Positions 12,701 to 27,100 of a DNA stretch of 64,000 nt are shown one piece after another (positions within the stretch are counted from its first letter, which is position 1; each line of letters starts with the position of its first letter). Source of the DNA: Antedon mediterranea. Taxonomy: Eukaryota; Animalia; Echinodermata. The position numbers were made by a program, and so were the translations under genes. The stretch is from the NCBI RefSeq assembly GCF_964355755.1, contig NC_092676.1, positions 5,991,888 to 6,055,887 on the forward strand, read 5' to 3'. Under the pieces are notes generated by a model. That model worked only from the letters and a program-made list of their open reading frames with translations, had not been told where the DNA came from and did not search any database.

Positions 12701-14149
12701 GCTACTGAGCACAGAGAATACGAATTTAAATACCGTATTTACGAAAAAAAATACCCGGTATTTAACAGAAACGGGTTCACATAAAAAAGTTTCGATTTCA
12801 AATCGGTATTTTTAACCCAATTTATTTCAAATACGGGTTTTAACAACCGCGTGCATTTCTACCGCGTACCTCATATGGGATGGCCCGCTATGTTTATAAT
12901 AATGTTCGTACATCCGCTGTGAAAAAAATTGTTTACAAAAGTAACCAGGGACGCAACTAGAAAGATCAAAAACCGTACACCCCAGAAGTAGAGTGGTTTG
13001 TAGGAAGGCCTGCTTATTTTACATAATATTGACATGATTCTATTAAGTTTTGGAATTATTATTTTATTTTAATTAATTAATTGATTTAAATAATTAATAA
13101 TTAATTACAAAAATAATCAATTGAAGACATATTCCAAATACAAGTGAATACATTCATACATTAATTTACATCAAATTAATTATCAAAATTGCGAATTAAT
13201 TAAATTTCATATCTGCACTTAACATAGGGATGAGGGCAAATTTTATACTAACGCCTGTTTTCAACTAGGCGAATCTGAGCTCTTACTGAGTGCGCATTTT
13301 ATCGCAGGCACATCATGCGCAAAAAGCCGATTTTCCACAAATCAAAAGCGTCGAATGCGTAGAGAGAGTTTTGGAAGATTGTTTTAAATACAGATTTAAA
13401 AAATAGAAATTGTTTTAATTGGTCAGATACGTATATTGTAGTAGTACATTTGGTTAATATTTGTTTAGATAAACATGATTGATGTGTGCCGATAAAACTG
13501 TGACTTGGTCACTAAAATAAAACAAATTATTTCCATATAAAATACAAATAAAACAAAATATATATACATGTTTACAGAGTTAGAATGAGAATGCGCTTTT
13601 GTTGAAATGTAAGCAGCAAATAATAATAAGTTTTTGCCGGTGGCAGGAAAACCCCTTCCCATCGTCCACCCCTTCTAAAAATGTTACACACTTCCTTTAC
13701 TCATTAATTAAAGCAAAACTAAAGTTATTCGGTTTCTGATAAACCGTTACGTACAAGCACCCTCAGTAATTTGCTTTCTTTTAACACAGCGTAAACACAA
13801 ATTAAAGTTTTCAGTTTGTAAATTATGAAACGAGTAATAAAATAGCTGACTGGCTATACGGATTCTTTCCATATATGATTTGAATTGTCATTTATAGAAA
13901 TGATTGTATGACTACTGTTTTATTCATAATAAATTTAAATGGATCATTTCATTTTGTATAAATTATCCTGGTCACTTAAATATTACATTACTACATGTTT
14001 CTAAGTTATTTTCAATGAATACAGAACAATGGGTAAAGTTGGTTAACATTTTTGACAAGACTTCGAGAAAGTCACTGAATACTGAAGCTAATGATATATA
14101 AAGGTGAATTAAATTACAACAGCATACTTCGGGATTTTCAAAGTTATGA

Positions 14150-14895
14150 TATGCCTTTCAAGCAAGAACTAGTATCAAGTAATCTGGTTTAAACTAGATA
14201 TATCTGGTAAAAACTTGTTCAGATAAGTATGAGCCTGTCAAGCAAGAAATAGTATCAAGTAATCTGGTTTAAACTAGATATATTTAGTAAAACTTGTTCA
14301 GATAATTATGAGCCTGTCAAGCAAAAACTAGTATCAAGTAAACTGGTTTAAACTGGATATATCTGGTGAAAACTTGTTCAGATAATTATGAGCTTGTCAA
14401 ACATGAACTGGTTACAAGTAAAATAATCTGGTTTAAACAAGATATAACTAGTAAAAACTTTTTCAGATAATTATGAACCCGTCAAACATGAACTGGTAAG
14501 TATACTAAACTAGTTTAAACTAGATATGGTAAAAAACTTATTAAGATAAATGGTCAAGCCATGAAATCTGTCAAAGAACGGTATTAAGAAAAAGTGATCT
14601 GATATCAAAGATAATAAGCCAAAATATGGAAACTGTCAAAGAACCGGTATCAAAGTAAACTGGTTTAAACTAGATACATCTGGTAGAAACATGTTCAGAT
14701 AGTTATAAGCCTGTCAAACCAGAACTGGTATCATCAAGAAAAAGTAATCTAGTTCAAACTAGATATGGTAAAAAGTTAAGATAATGATAAGCCAAGGAAT
14801 CTGTCAAAGAAGAACCAGTATAAAACTAATCTGGTTTAAACTAGATATATCTGGTAAAAACTGGAATAAGCCAAGCCATGGTATCTGTCAAACGA
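14150..14895. repeat. Diverged tandem array, unit about 75-80 bp
   Basis: Recurrent AGTATCAAGTAATCTGGTTTAAACTAGATATATCTGGTAAAAACTTGTTCAGATAA..AGCCTGTCAA. Confidence 0.85.
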
Positions 14896-15185
14896 GAACC
14901 TACTTTAGGAGGGTATACATACCACAGAGATAGACAAACACACTCACACATCAATGTTTTTTACTTTGGAATCAAATCATTAGAAACACTGTCGTGTGTC
15001 ATTTACCTATAATCAACTATTTTGTTCTATCTTTATTTACGTGTGTATATTTTTATTTTTAAGTACAATCATTTTCGACTTAATAAGCTAGGTAGATTGC
15101 ACATGGATAATGGTCTGTGAGTTGATAACATTTCTTCTACGTATACTTATACAGCACCTTTCTGTGATATCTCTCAACATAGTTC

Positions 15186-18100
15186 CTATACGCTCGCCAA
15201 CTGTTTGTATGGTCCATGCAGTCGCAGAAACTGTAACACCAAAATAATTAATTTAAATTTAAACCATTTAATATATTTTTATTTTGACATTTGACTGTTC
15301 TCACCATTGTTTTAAAATGATTAGAGTGAAGATGTATGTACTATACTAGTGGAGTTCTATTAGTAGTGGATCCAGTAGTTTGATGGTTAACAAGGTATAG
15401 GGTTCAGTCCTGACCTAGTGCCAGTAACTCATGACCCCCCAAGCCTCAAATGAGACTTAGTTTATAAGCACAATGAATTATAAGCTAGTTTATCCATCCT
15501 GTAATTGTCGATTTACTCACTGTTTGGATGTGTGTAAAATAAAATATAAAAAGACATTTTTCATTTTTAAAAAAACATCACATGACTAAATGTGGCTATT
15601 GAGTCCAACAGTAATTATCAGAAACACATGAAGAATGACTTTTCAACTCAATAGCATAGTCTTTTGAACAAAATTTATTCCAGTCAAACTATTACATTTT
15701 CCGCACTTTAATTAGTTGTTTCAGTTTGAACAGAAAGTCATAAAATCAACTATTGAGGACACTAGATAATTGAACTTTTCATCTGGTTTAAACTAGTTTG
15801 GGCTTGGACTCAATAAAACTAAATGTATAGTTTGGCTTACTAAGTTAACCAGGAAAAGTTGCAAAAACAACTAGACTTCTTCCAGTTAAACTCACCAGCT
15901 GACCTTGAGAAGTTTTTTTAAACAAAAAGTTCAGTGTGAATGAGGTGCTAGAATACTATATAAATATGGTTTTTTTTGTGCATTAAAATTCTAAAAAAAT
16001 GTTACTTACCTGAATAACAAGTGATGGCCCACCAGCAACAATATCACCTGGTATCTGGGTCAAAGGGCAGTTCTCAATACTCATTATTTGAAGAGCCATA
16101 CACAACGCAAGTTCATACGGCAAATTATGCAAATTAGGGTTATCATTAAGGTACAATTCTTCAAGCGTTGCTAAGGTTCCTAAATATAAACAAATATAAT
16201 ATGTTAACATAGTCATCGACCAGCTTAGCACCACCATAAACCTAGCTAAGAATTTCTTAAGATTATTGTTCATATACTGTACATTCTACATATTCACATG
16301 GAAAAAATGACATATTCATTATTAAAATCTATACATTCATTAGCAAAATCTACAAATTCAATTAGCAAAATCTACATGTTCACAAAGCAACACACAGTAT
16401 TTCTACACACATACCTATTTCTTCTGGTAACGCTGACAAATTATTCTCACCAACGCCAAGGTATTGCAAACTTGATAAATTTCTGTATAAAATAAAATTA
16501 TGAAATACTAAATAATATTTTTGAAGAGATATACAGGGGCTATTCTGAGGAGTCCCTGCACTGTAGATACCACTTGGGTGTCACCTAGTCAACCCTCTAG
16601 TAGTGTACTAGTATCTCTATGAGCTTACCCTATTGCTGGTGGTAATGATGTTAGCCGGTTTGACTGCACAACAAGTCTCTTTAATTCCTTAAGATAAGCT
16701 AATAAAAAAGAACAAAATTGAAGTGAAACATTTACTGTACTGTACTAGGGAGTTAGGCAGCGCTGTCTTCTTTTAGGAAACTAGGTAGTACTGTCTTCTT
16801 TTAGGAAACTAGGTAGTACTGTCTTCTTTTAGGAAACTAGGTAGTACTGTCTTCTTTTAGGAAGCTAGGTAGTACTGTCTTCTTTTAGGAAGCTAGGTAG
16901 TACCGTCTTCTTTTAGGAAGCTAGGTATACTCTTATAGTTACAGTGTAAAGCAACAACAAACGTAGACTTACATAATTCGGCAGGTAAATATTCCAATTT
17001 GTTCTCTTCCAGGTCAAGAACACGTAACTTGGATAATTTTCCAATCGTTCGCGGCAATCTCTGAAAATAACAAAACAAAATTGTTGATAATATATAATAC
17101 AAAGCTATGACAACTTTAATTCCTGAGCTCTTATTGATTGCGTCTTTTATTGCATCTCGAAAATGTAGAACTGTATGAATTAGTAATTACACAATTTTAC
17201 AGAATTTATGCCATGCACCTTCTAAAATTTAAATTATTAAATATTACCTTTAGTAAATTGTTACTAAGGATGAGAACTTCTAGAGCCTGTAGTTTGTCTA
17301 CATCGTCTGGGATCAAACTTATTTGATTCGTGCCCAAATTTAGTTCTACCATCGTCACCCAACTATCAATATCTGCAATAAAAAAAAAATATATAAAAAA
17401 AAATTATATATATATTATAAAATTATTATAACTAGATGGTACGCTCGCTTCGCTCGCGTAAATCTAGGTCGTGCCCACAGATGGTTCTCGAATACACAGT
17501 AATTTCAGCGTTAAAAAACTGGCGATTTCAAATGTACAATAATGCAGGACAATAATATATGTCGTTTACAGGAACGATTAAATAGACACTGTGATTTATG
17601 TACTCAACTAAAATTAGCACACTGGGAATTACTTCCGAAAGAGAAACTTGTCACAAAATGAGACCAATTGTTTAAGTCAAATTTAAACAAACTTAATTTG
17701 TGTTTTGTATGTAACATTATGGTTGAGGGATGGGGAAGAGGATGGGTGCAAAGAGGAACAATTTTTAAATATATTCTTTATTTTGTAACGAAATATTAAT
17801 TAACATGTTTTACAAATAATATACCACTAAACACAGTAAAACATTGCGATGTAATACTTTGTTGAAACTATCACCGTCGTAGTCGATTGAAATAGTACAG
17901 TACATGTAACGATACACTACGACGTATGTTTATATATAATGTTAAACAATTTTTGAAAACCACCTCTATTCGGGGCAAATCATAAATTCGATTTAATCGG
18001 TAATAGCTCATTATCCGTTTAAAAATAATTATATCCAACCTCTGCAGCAAAGATTGAAAAAAAAAAATGGATCGAATTTCTGTTATGAGTATACAGTACT

Positions 18101-21100
18101 TTCCTTTACGACGCCTGAGGGAATAGACACTTGTGGAACGACACAGAGATTGGAATGTTCCATTCATCGCAAATCAATACATTTGTATAAACGTATATTA
18201 AATCTATCAAAATAGTATTTTTTAAAGAAAATCGGCCTGTCTTCAACATTATGATACTGTACTCGAGCTGTTCAACCGGTTTTCAGCTATTAAAAACAAT
18301 TATCGTAGGAGGAGATAGGAAAATGCGAAGCCTCCTCGCATTTTTGTGGCGGGTATTTTTCAAGATGGACATCCATTAGACAGTGTATACCACGATCGGA
18401 AAACACCCCTATTTGGGGCAAATCGTTGAACCTAAATTCGTTTTAATCGTCAATAACTAATTATCTAACTTAATTTAATTAGTAAACAGGGTTACATCAG
18501 GTGGTTAAAATCAATACCAAAAGTACGAACCAACTTTATATACCATCGAGTAAAAATTCTAAAAGTAAGGCGCGATTTAGCGAATTTTGCCCTTACGTAA
18601 ATTTATATATAGATATAAAGAAAAGATTACAATAATCTAATACAAATATCTAATGAAAGTTTTTGAAAAAATAAAAAACATTCTACCAAGTTAAAAAAAT
18701 AGATTAAAGATGTATTGTCCCTTTGACTAATTCCAAACAAATTAAAAAAAAAATATTTTGAAAAAAAGTGGGTCATTTTGAAGTATCATAATAGTTATTA
18801 ACTTTCACAAAAATGTATCGAAAAAAAAATCATTTAACTGAAATACAGACGTTTTTATGTTCAAAAAATAACTTTGACTTCCAGTCAAAGTTTTCAATCA
18901 AAACATATCCCATAATGAAAAGCGCTTGTTTGGCTACTCTGTATGCCTAATCATAAAACTTCCTCGGAATCTGTGTGAAAACACCTTCTCAACCATGACA
19001 GGTTGTAAACAATCCTAATTAGCATCATGCATAATGCATACTCGTGTTTTAAAATCTTTGTTTACTTTTGTTCGCGACGATTTTCCAGACGAAATGTAAT
19101 CAAATTAAATTACCTGTTAATTACATAAAATCGTTGTTTTTGGCTCAAATATTCAACTTAAAGTGAATAACTTTAATATTACTTTGATATGGCCAATTTA
19201 AATTTAGAATTTGACCTTCATTTTTTGTGTTTCAAGGGACAATACAAGAAACGAATGTTCCATAATAGAGATTTTGACTTTGACCTGACTTTGACAGTGT
19301 GACCTTATTTCACAACACTAGACATGTTTTTTCTATGTTACAAAATACATTTGTTATTTCTGTATTATGCTAGGACATGCTGATCAGCTTGGGTTATACA
19401 GTGTAGATCTCTTCCTTTAGCACACCCCTATTCAAGGGACACTTTCCCATAAACTAAATTAGGGCAATTGTAACCAATCAACAAACTCCTATCCTGGAGA
19501 CATTGTTAAATCCCAAAGTTGTCCCCTTAATAGAGGTTCAACTGAATTTTACTTCTTTAAATTCAGGGACAAGGAGACACTTTGTCAAGATCTCAAAGAT
19601 AAATGCTTAATAGGAGTTCTACTGTTATTCAAACCATGACACTCAATGTAGTCAGTCAGGGACGTAAGGAGTGGCTGTCAAAAAGAGTTTGTGGCCGAGT
19701 GAGTGGCCGAGTAGTTGAGAGAGTGGAACCGTAATTACGTAGCCATAACTTCGAAAACGGTTTGAGGCTCACTCACTCCATGGTTCTGGTGGTAGAACAA
19801 GCCTTCTCGGATAAGGACTATAAACAGTAGGTCCAGTGCACTTTAAAGAACCTAGTACATTTTTCGAGACGAGTATGGGGTTACCCCGGTATACTAGTAC
19901 ATCACAGCCGTTGATCATAACTGGACCTTCTGGGAGACCAGTCCTTGACTGAAGAGGTTACTCAGTATAAACAAATTCAAAAGCTTTTTTGAGTGGATAC
20001 TGCATTAAAATTATGCTAGGAGGTAGACATTAGGATGGGTGGAAGGTGTGTTTTACCACCCACTCCTGATCAGATAAATACATCCATGCTCAGTATTTGT
20101 TGTAGGGTATATTTATGGCATACTACTTACCAAGAGGTAAAGCTGTTAATTGGTTGTCTTTCATATTGAGTTTGGTGAGATTCCTTGCCTTGCTAAATAT
20201 CTTGTATGGTATCTTGTTGATCTGATTATGTTCCATGTTAACAGACTGAAACAAACCAAAAAACAGAAAGTCTGATTAAGTTCAATACTTAAGCTCTGTC
20301 TACACTATCAAACTAGTTTGACAAATTGTAATGTGCTCAAATACGGTAGGGATATACTCTAATATGGTAGTGATATCACATCATCATGTCCATATATGGG
20401 CACATCACATTTATTGTTACATAAATCATATTTAAATCACATTTAAATTTAAAAAAAGTAGCTGTCTTAGATACATGTCTGAAATATGTAAATGTATGCA
20501 AATTATAATTATCAGTTTCATTTGCATATTAAAATAGTCATACTTACATTGGCTGTTGCAAATTGAGCTGGACCTCCTACGGGATAGGAACTGAAGTTGT
20601 TTCTGGCTAAACACACCGAGCTCATTCTACCCAGACTGGAGAGTAAATCCTCCTACGAAACAAAACAATAAATATAATAAATGGTCTATCTAATCTAATT
20701 AAGTATAATCTATACAATGTTAAGCTCAAACTTTATGTGACAAAAAAAATGTGATGTGCCCATATGGACATGATGACATCATATCACTACCATATTTGAG
20801 CACATCACACTTTTTTGTCAATCAAGTTTGATAGTATAGACAGAGCTTTATAGTCAAATGTCATTTCTCCATTTTTTTTTTTCCATAGGCAAGTTTATTC
20901 ACTGTCACTATTAAAGGTGAAAATCTGATCACAAGACAACATACACAAGCACACATTCTCTCAAACTGGGTGCCCTCTCCAAAATAAGAAGCAAATAAAA
21001 TGTTTTGCCTAGGATAATATATATCCCAAACAGTGACATAACACCTATGAGTGATCACTGGCTAAACCCAGGGGGCCCAGGAGCTTATAGGGGCCTCTGA

Positions 21101-24100
21101 GCAGTGCCCAGATGAAAAAAAAAATTTAAATATGTCGTAAAAGGTTAAAAACACTCGGCCTCCAGCATTGGGGTTTCAGGGGATTCATGGCCTCTGCATT
21201 ACTCAACTGATCCTAAATTCATACTATAGAAAACCAGACTTTCCATAAAAGCAGAAATATGGGCAAGAGTGCCCACTAATGGAAGTTTATCAAATCATTT
21301 ATAACGTGTACGCACCGGAAGTGATGATACATTGTTATTTTCAATGTTAAACTCATCTAGTTCAGAACATCTACTCAAGGACCTTGGAATTCCTGTTAGA
21401 CGATTGTATCTGAAAGGGAAAAAACACACACATTATAATACATAATGTGTTGGTCGCGCATCATCAAACATTTTTTGACCCACTGTACACCAAGCTCATG
21501 CTCGAATGCTAAAGAAGATTCCTGTTCTCACTTTACATTTTCACCATTTATAAATTAATTATTACCGTATATCCTCGGGTATAATCCCACATTGGGTCTA
21601 TAATCCCTACTTTTTTATGTCTGATCAAACAGGAATATCCTCAGGTGTAGTCCTGGTATTGACTTTTGGTCTGGATGTAGGCCTCTCTCTAGCCAGTTTA
21701 GATGAGGTTTTACAAGAAATGCTTTAAACCAATCATTTTTTTTTTGAACCAGGGTTTCCCCCGGTATAGTCCCACCCTCCAAAGTAGTTCCAATTTCATG
21801 TTCCAGGGTGTGGAATTATACTAGAGGGTATACGGTATTGATTTCTAGTATATCACTGGGTGGTTTAGAGTTTCTTAATGCTGGTAAAATTTATAAATTA
21901 ACATACCATTGAACTCCTATTAAGAGGACACCTTTGAGATGCCACAAGTGTAGAAATTGGCCAGTGTTTATTTTATTTATTTGTTCGATAGGAAAAGTGT
22001 CCCAAAAGAGGCCTTCTTTCTGTTCATTCTACAACACATAGGTTTACTGAACAATGCATTTAACATTTCCATGATCCCTCACCACATAAAGCTCTATCTA
22101 CACTGTCAAAGTAGTTTGACAAAAAAGTCTGATGTGCCCAAATATGGTAGTGATATGCTTAAATATGGTGGTAGTAATATGACATCATCATGTCCATATA
22201 TGGACACAAAACATTTTTTTGTCACATAAAGTTTGATAGTGTAGACAGAGCTTAATACAAACTTACTCAAGAATTCAGCAAACATAGTGTTAGGTTTAGG
22301 ACGTTGGAATTAATACCATGGGATGTGAGGGAGAATTTTGCAATGAAAGAAATTGGCCTACAACAACATTATTAACAATAAGACATTATTTTGTCACATA
22401 AATTAAATTTGTTTAAGTGTAAACAGCTTTATGTATTATCTATATATTACTTTTAATTTGATAGTGTAGACAGAGCTTAACATACTCTTTCTTGGTTTGC
22501 TTACCTTAGACCAAGCCTGCTAAGAGATTTAAGGTTGCCTAGGCTGTCTGGTATGTCCAACAATTCATTATGCTGGAAATCTAATGATGTTAACTGCATA
22601 CAATTACCAATTTCTGAAAAAAAAAAAACCAAATTCATAAAGTTAATAAAATTATGAAAAATCTGATTGATTGAAAATGGCACTAAACTTAAACTCTCTC
22701 TACGCGATCAAAATTTATGTGACAAGAAAATGTGATGTGCCCATATATGGATATGATGATGTCATATCATTACCCTATTTGGGGATATCACTACCATATT
22801 AGGTTACATTTTTTTTGTCAAAATAGTTTGATAGTGTAGAAAGAGCTAACAAGATTAAGGGATTGGAAAGACAAACATGATTAAGTCCTTAAACTGATAA
22901 TTGATTAACTGAATATTGGTTATTGATTACCTATTTTCAATACTTACCATCTGGTAAATGTTCGACTTGGTTGTGTGACAGGTCAAAGTTTGTTAGATGA
23001 ACTAATTGACCTATGCCCTTTGGCAGTTCCCGAATCTTATTGTCTCTCAAGTTAAGAATTGTCAACCTCTGTAAAAAAACAATCCGTTTGAAAAATATAA
23101 AAAAAGCTAAATAAAATATATTATAATAAATAAAACTTGTTTTTATGACTAAAAAGTTTAAGATATTTAGTGAGCTTTTATTTGGGGACGGTGGACAGAC
23201 AGTAATTACTTATGTTACAAATTACATGCTATGTCTTGTTCATTTACCCTCCCCTAATAGACAAAACCTCACTATTGTTTTATGGTGTTCTGAACAACCA
23301 ATGGATTTTAGTGAGACTGTTTTAGTCATTTAAAAATGTCAGATTTCATACCCTTAATTTACTGATTTCTTCGTCTAAGGCTGTAATGCGATTGAAGCGT
23401 AAATACAAGGTTGTCAGAGACATCAAACGATACACCACAGGAGGAATCTAAAGAGAAACAAAAATTACAAATTATATTTGATAAGGACAGTTTTTTATAG
23501 TCAAACACAAATTAAAACAGTAAAGAAACGCATGATTACCAAACAGCGATAAAGGTCGGGATAACCGAGTTATGCCAAAGCGTACTTGACTGTTCACCCT
23601 GGAATGGTAATTGGACCAAGGTGGACCAGTGTGAACACAGCTTTAGCCACATGGATAAAAATATTCCAGTTTTGATAGTTCATTTAAATGGTAGAACTTT
23701 AAATTAAACGTTCAGACATGCGCAAGGCTGAAATGGCTTACACAAATCATACAGTAAGGTATCCACGGCCTAAAATGCCAACAAAGTATTCATTTCTGAT
23801 GTTAAACGTGCGTAGTGTGTGGCTTTAACAACGCCACTGCCTATAGTTCACACTTAAAGGAGTATCAAACAAACAAACAAACAAACCCTTAGACTTACTT
23901 CTTTCAGTTTGTTGTGTCGGAGATCAAGAATCTCGAGTGACTCTAGCTTGTAGAGAGACTGTGGCAGTGATGTCATCCAATTCTCACTTAGATGAAGAAT
24001 TTTGAGGTTGGTGAGGTTACCGACCTCTGCTGGCAGGTTTGGCAGCTTATTGCCATACAGGTAGAGTTCTGTCAACTGGGTAAGCTGGAATAGATAGTAC

Positions 24101-27100
24101 ATGTTATGAATAACAGTTTAAAGCTCTGTCTACACTATCAAACTAGTTTGACAAAAAAAGTGTGATGTGCCCAAATATAGTGGTAATATGCGCAAATATG
24201 GCAGTGATATGAAATCATGGCCATATATGGGCACATCACATTTGTTTGTCACATACAGTTTAGGTTATAAGTTTGAACCAGGTCATTTAGGCAAAAGTGC
24301 TCGGTGCCAAACAGAGAAGAATCGAAATAAATAATCAAATAGGCTAGTTATAACTTTAAGTTCTTAGCTCTGTACAAATATTTATCATTTATAAAAATAT
24401 TTAAATAAACTCACCTCTTTAACAGATACAGGAAGAGATGTAAGCTGTAAAATATAAATAAAAATATATAAGGTCATTCTTGATGTATATGTTATATTTT
24501 TAGAGTGTAAATGGATAAAATAATAACAATAAAAACAACTATGTAATCAAGATTAACTGATTGAAATAAAACTGTTGGCCAGAACTGAACACAAAACATA
24601 GATGTACTCCGAAGTGGATAACTACTCTATATGTATTTTTAGGCTCTTTTAACATATTTTGACTCATTACCAAAATAAATTTGGCAGAATTTAGTAGTGA
24701 TTTATAAGCCTGCCTACCAACCCCAGGCTCTTCAAAGCCTATCTGATTGCAGCATAAGTTTAACTTAAAAATAACATTCTACCTCCGAAACATAATTATC
24801 CGAGGACTAAATTGACTAATTATTCTTGGCAATATGTCAAAAACATAACAATGACTCGTAGGCACACTGTCCACTGCACCTACAGTACACTTCTAGTACT
24901 CATTTCACGTATCTGCAAAATGCAACAACTTGTAACCAGGTTTGCATAGCGTCAATACAGTTTTGTGTTTTTTTCCCGAGATTTCACAGGGGACCTCATT
25001 AGAGGCCTGTTTTTGTTCCGAGATGTCCAGAGTTCTAACGACGCGTACATGTATTTCCCTGGTAATAAACTGACCAATCATGGTAATAAACTGACCAATC
25101 ATGGTAATAAACTGACCAATCATGGTAATCAAATATGCACGCAGCTATGCTTTCTCCAGAGATTTCGCACGTTTCAGGAGATAAAACTGTGTTACAACTT
25201 GTTACAAGATGTGAAAAGGATATTATTAGGGAGGTTTCGCAACCTTACGAATACGATAACGAAAACGGATACGTCACGCATTTGTGAAACTTTTGAGCTG
25301 ATCCCCATTTCATATTTATAAAGCGTATTCGTGTTGACGAATATCACCAGTCATATGCGTAACTACAAAACGGGTATAGTTGTTGACCTATTTTGCACAT
25401 TTTGCATTTGAATCAGGAATGATTCATGACTATAATATAATTATACCTTTATTGAAAGTAATTTACTAAAGTAATTTACTAAAATGCCAGGTCAATTTTG
25501 ATAAATAGCAGTTTTTAAAGTCTTCACTCGCATTGATGTTACGCTAGGCCTAGGCAGCTAAGCACCAAGCAACACGTACCTGCGCTTCCCTCAAATTTAC
25601 CGCAGTCATATTTTGGACGGCGCCCTCAATATTTCGTTGCCATGCGAAACAGATTTTTACTGGCTTACGAAAAACGAATACGTGTGCGTGACATATCCGT
25701 TGTCGTTATCGTATTCGTAAGGTTGCGAAACCTCCCTATTATAATATACTACAACATCCATGTTAAGGCGTGTAAATGATTTAACCAGGTACCTGTATGA
25801 ATAGAACACATACAAATACATTGTTGTATGATGTTTACATGCATTGTATATTTATTTACTCAGTAAATTTTTTATTACAACAGTGAAACAATAGAAGACA
25901 TGGAACAAACAATGAGAGGTCAATAAACATTCATTCAATGCCAGAAAATAAAGGGAAAACCCCCCTTTCTCACAAAAGCTGTGTTCCAAGAATACGCGGC
26001 ATTTAGTAAATATAGTTCATGCACTTATGTTTTTCTGTGAGGATTGGTACTGCAGGCATACTGTACATCCGGAAAAATGCAAGACAGGTATTGACAAGCA
26101 ATGACACAGACTGTCTCCTTACTGTACATGCAACCCCTTAAATTTCGCTCTCTCCCGTGTAATAAAAAAAAAAAATTTTACATAAAAGGTCAAAGTTAAC
26201 TTACACCAGCTTTGGTGAGGTCCAATCTCTTGTTGTCTTGATCTTTACACATTTGAAATGCCTCTCTGTATTTCAGTGACTCACTCTTGACCTAGGTGAA
26301 AAAAAAAAGATTAATTGAAAAACTACAGTACTATAGCTGACCAAAGTAAAGATGGATGGAAAACATGATTTTTTTATTTCGGTGTGAAATTGGTCTAAAC
26401 CCTTGTTTAGAGGAAACCCCTATTTAGGAGACATCCCTATTAAATTTCATTGCAAAATTTGTTTAGCAATAATTATTGCTAATCATACTGATTTTTTAGT
26501 CGAGAAATATAGTTTTTTATTGTATTTTTTGCCAAACAATTATAAAATATGTGTAACAATAAGGTTGTTTTGTATTCTGTAGCTTTTAGTACTGCGTCGT
26601 AAGGTGGTTTCCCGAATGATCGTAAAATCAAAACGGTACTGGGTATGACCAACTAGCGTTATTGTCACCAACTAGTCATCCATTCATAGAAGTACTGATG
26701 TAGTAGCCAATCTGTACGGTGACCATAGGATGTGACCTGAGACATGACTAACTACGACTTTTAGTTGATAGAAGATTGAAAACATTTTGTTAAGAAGAGT
26801 TGTACTGTATGTGGATGTTTATTGAAATTATGTAAATAATGTTTACACACTAGGCATATAAATAGTAATGTTTGTTAGAGTAAAATGGTAGAGTGGATGT
26901 CTTGTCGTTGTATGGTTTTAGTTTAGTACTGGTGAAAATATTCCCGGTGTCCCGTAATAGGAGTTCTGAAGGTCACGTCATGTCAGTGTACAGTACCTTA
27001 ATTTAATATTTTTAATTTTAGACAAATATAATCTACAATTTCAAGGTGACCGTCATTATTATGTATGCAGCTTTAATGCGTTTTTTGTATGTACCTGTTG

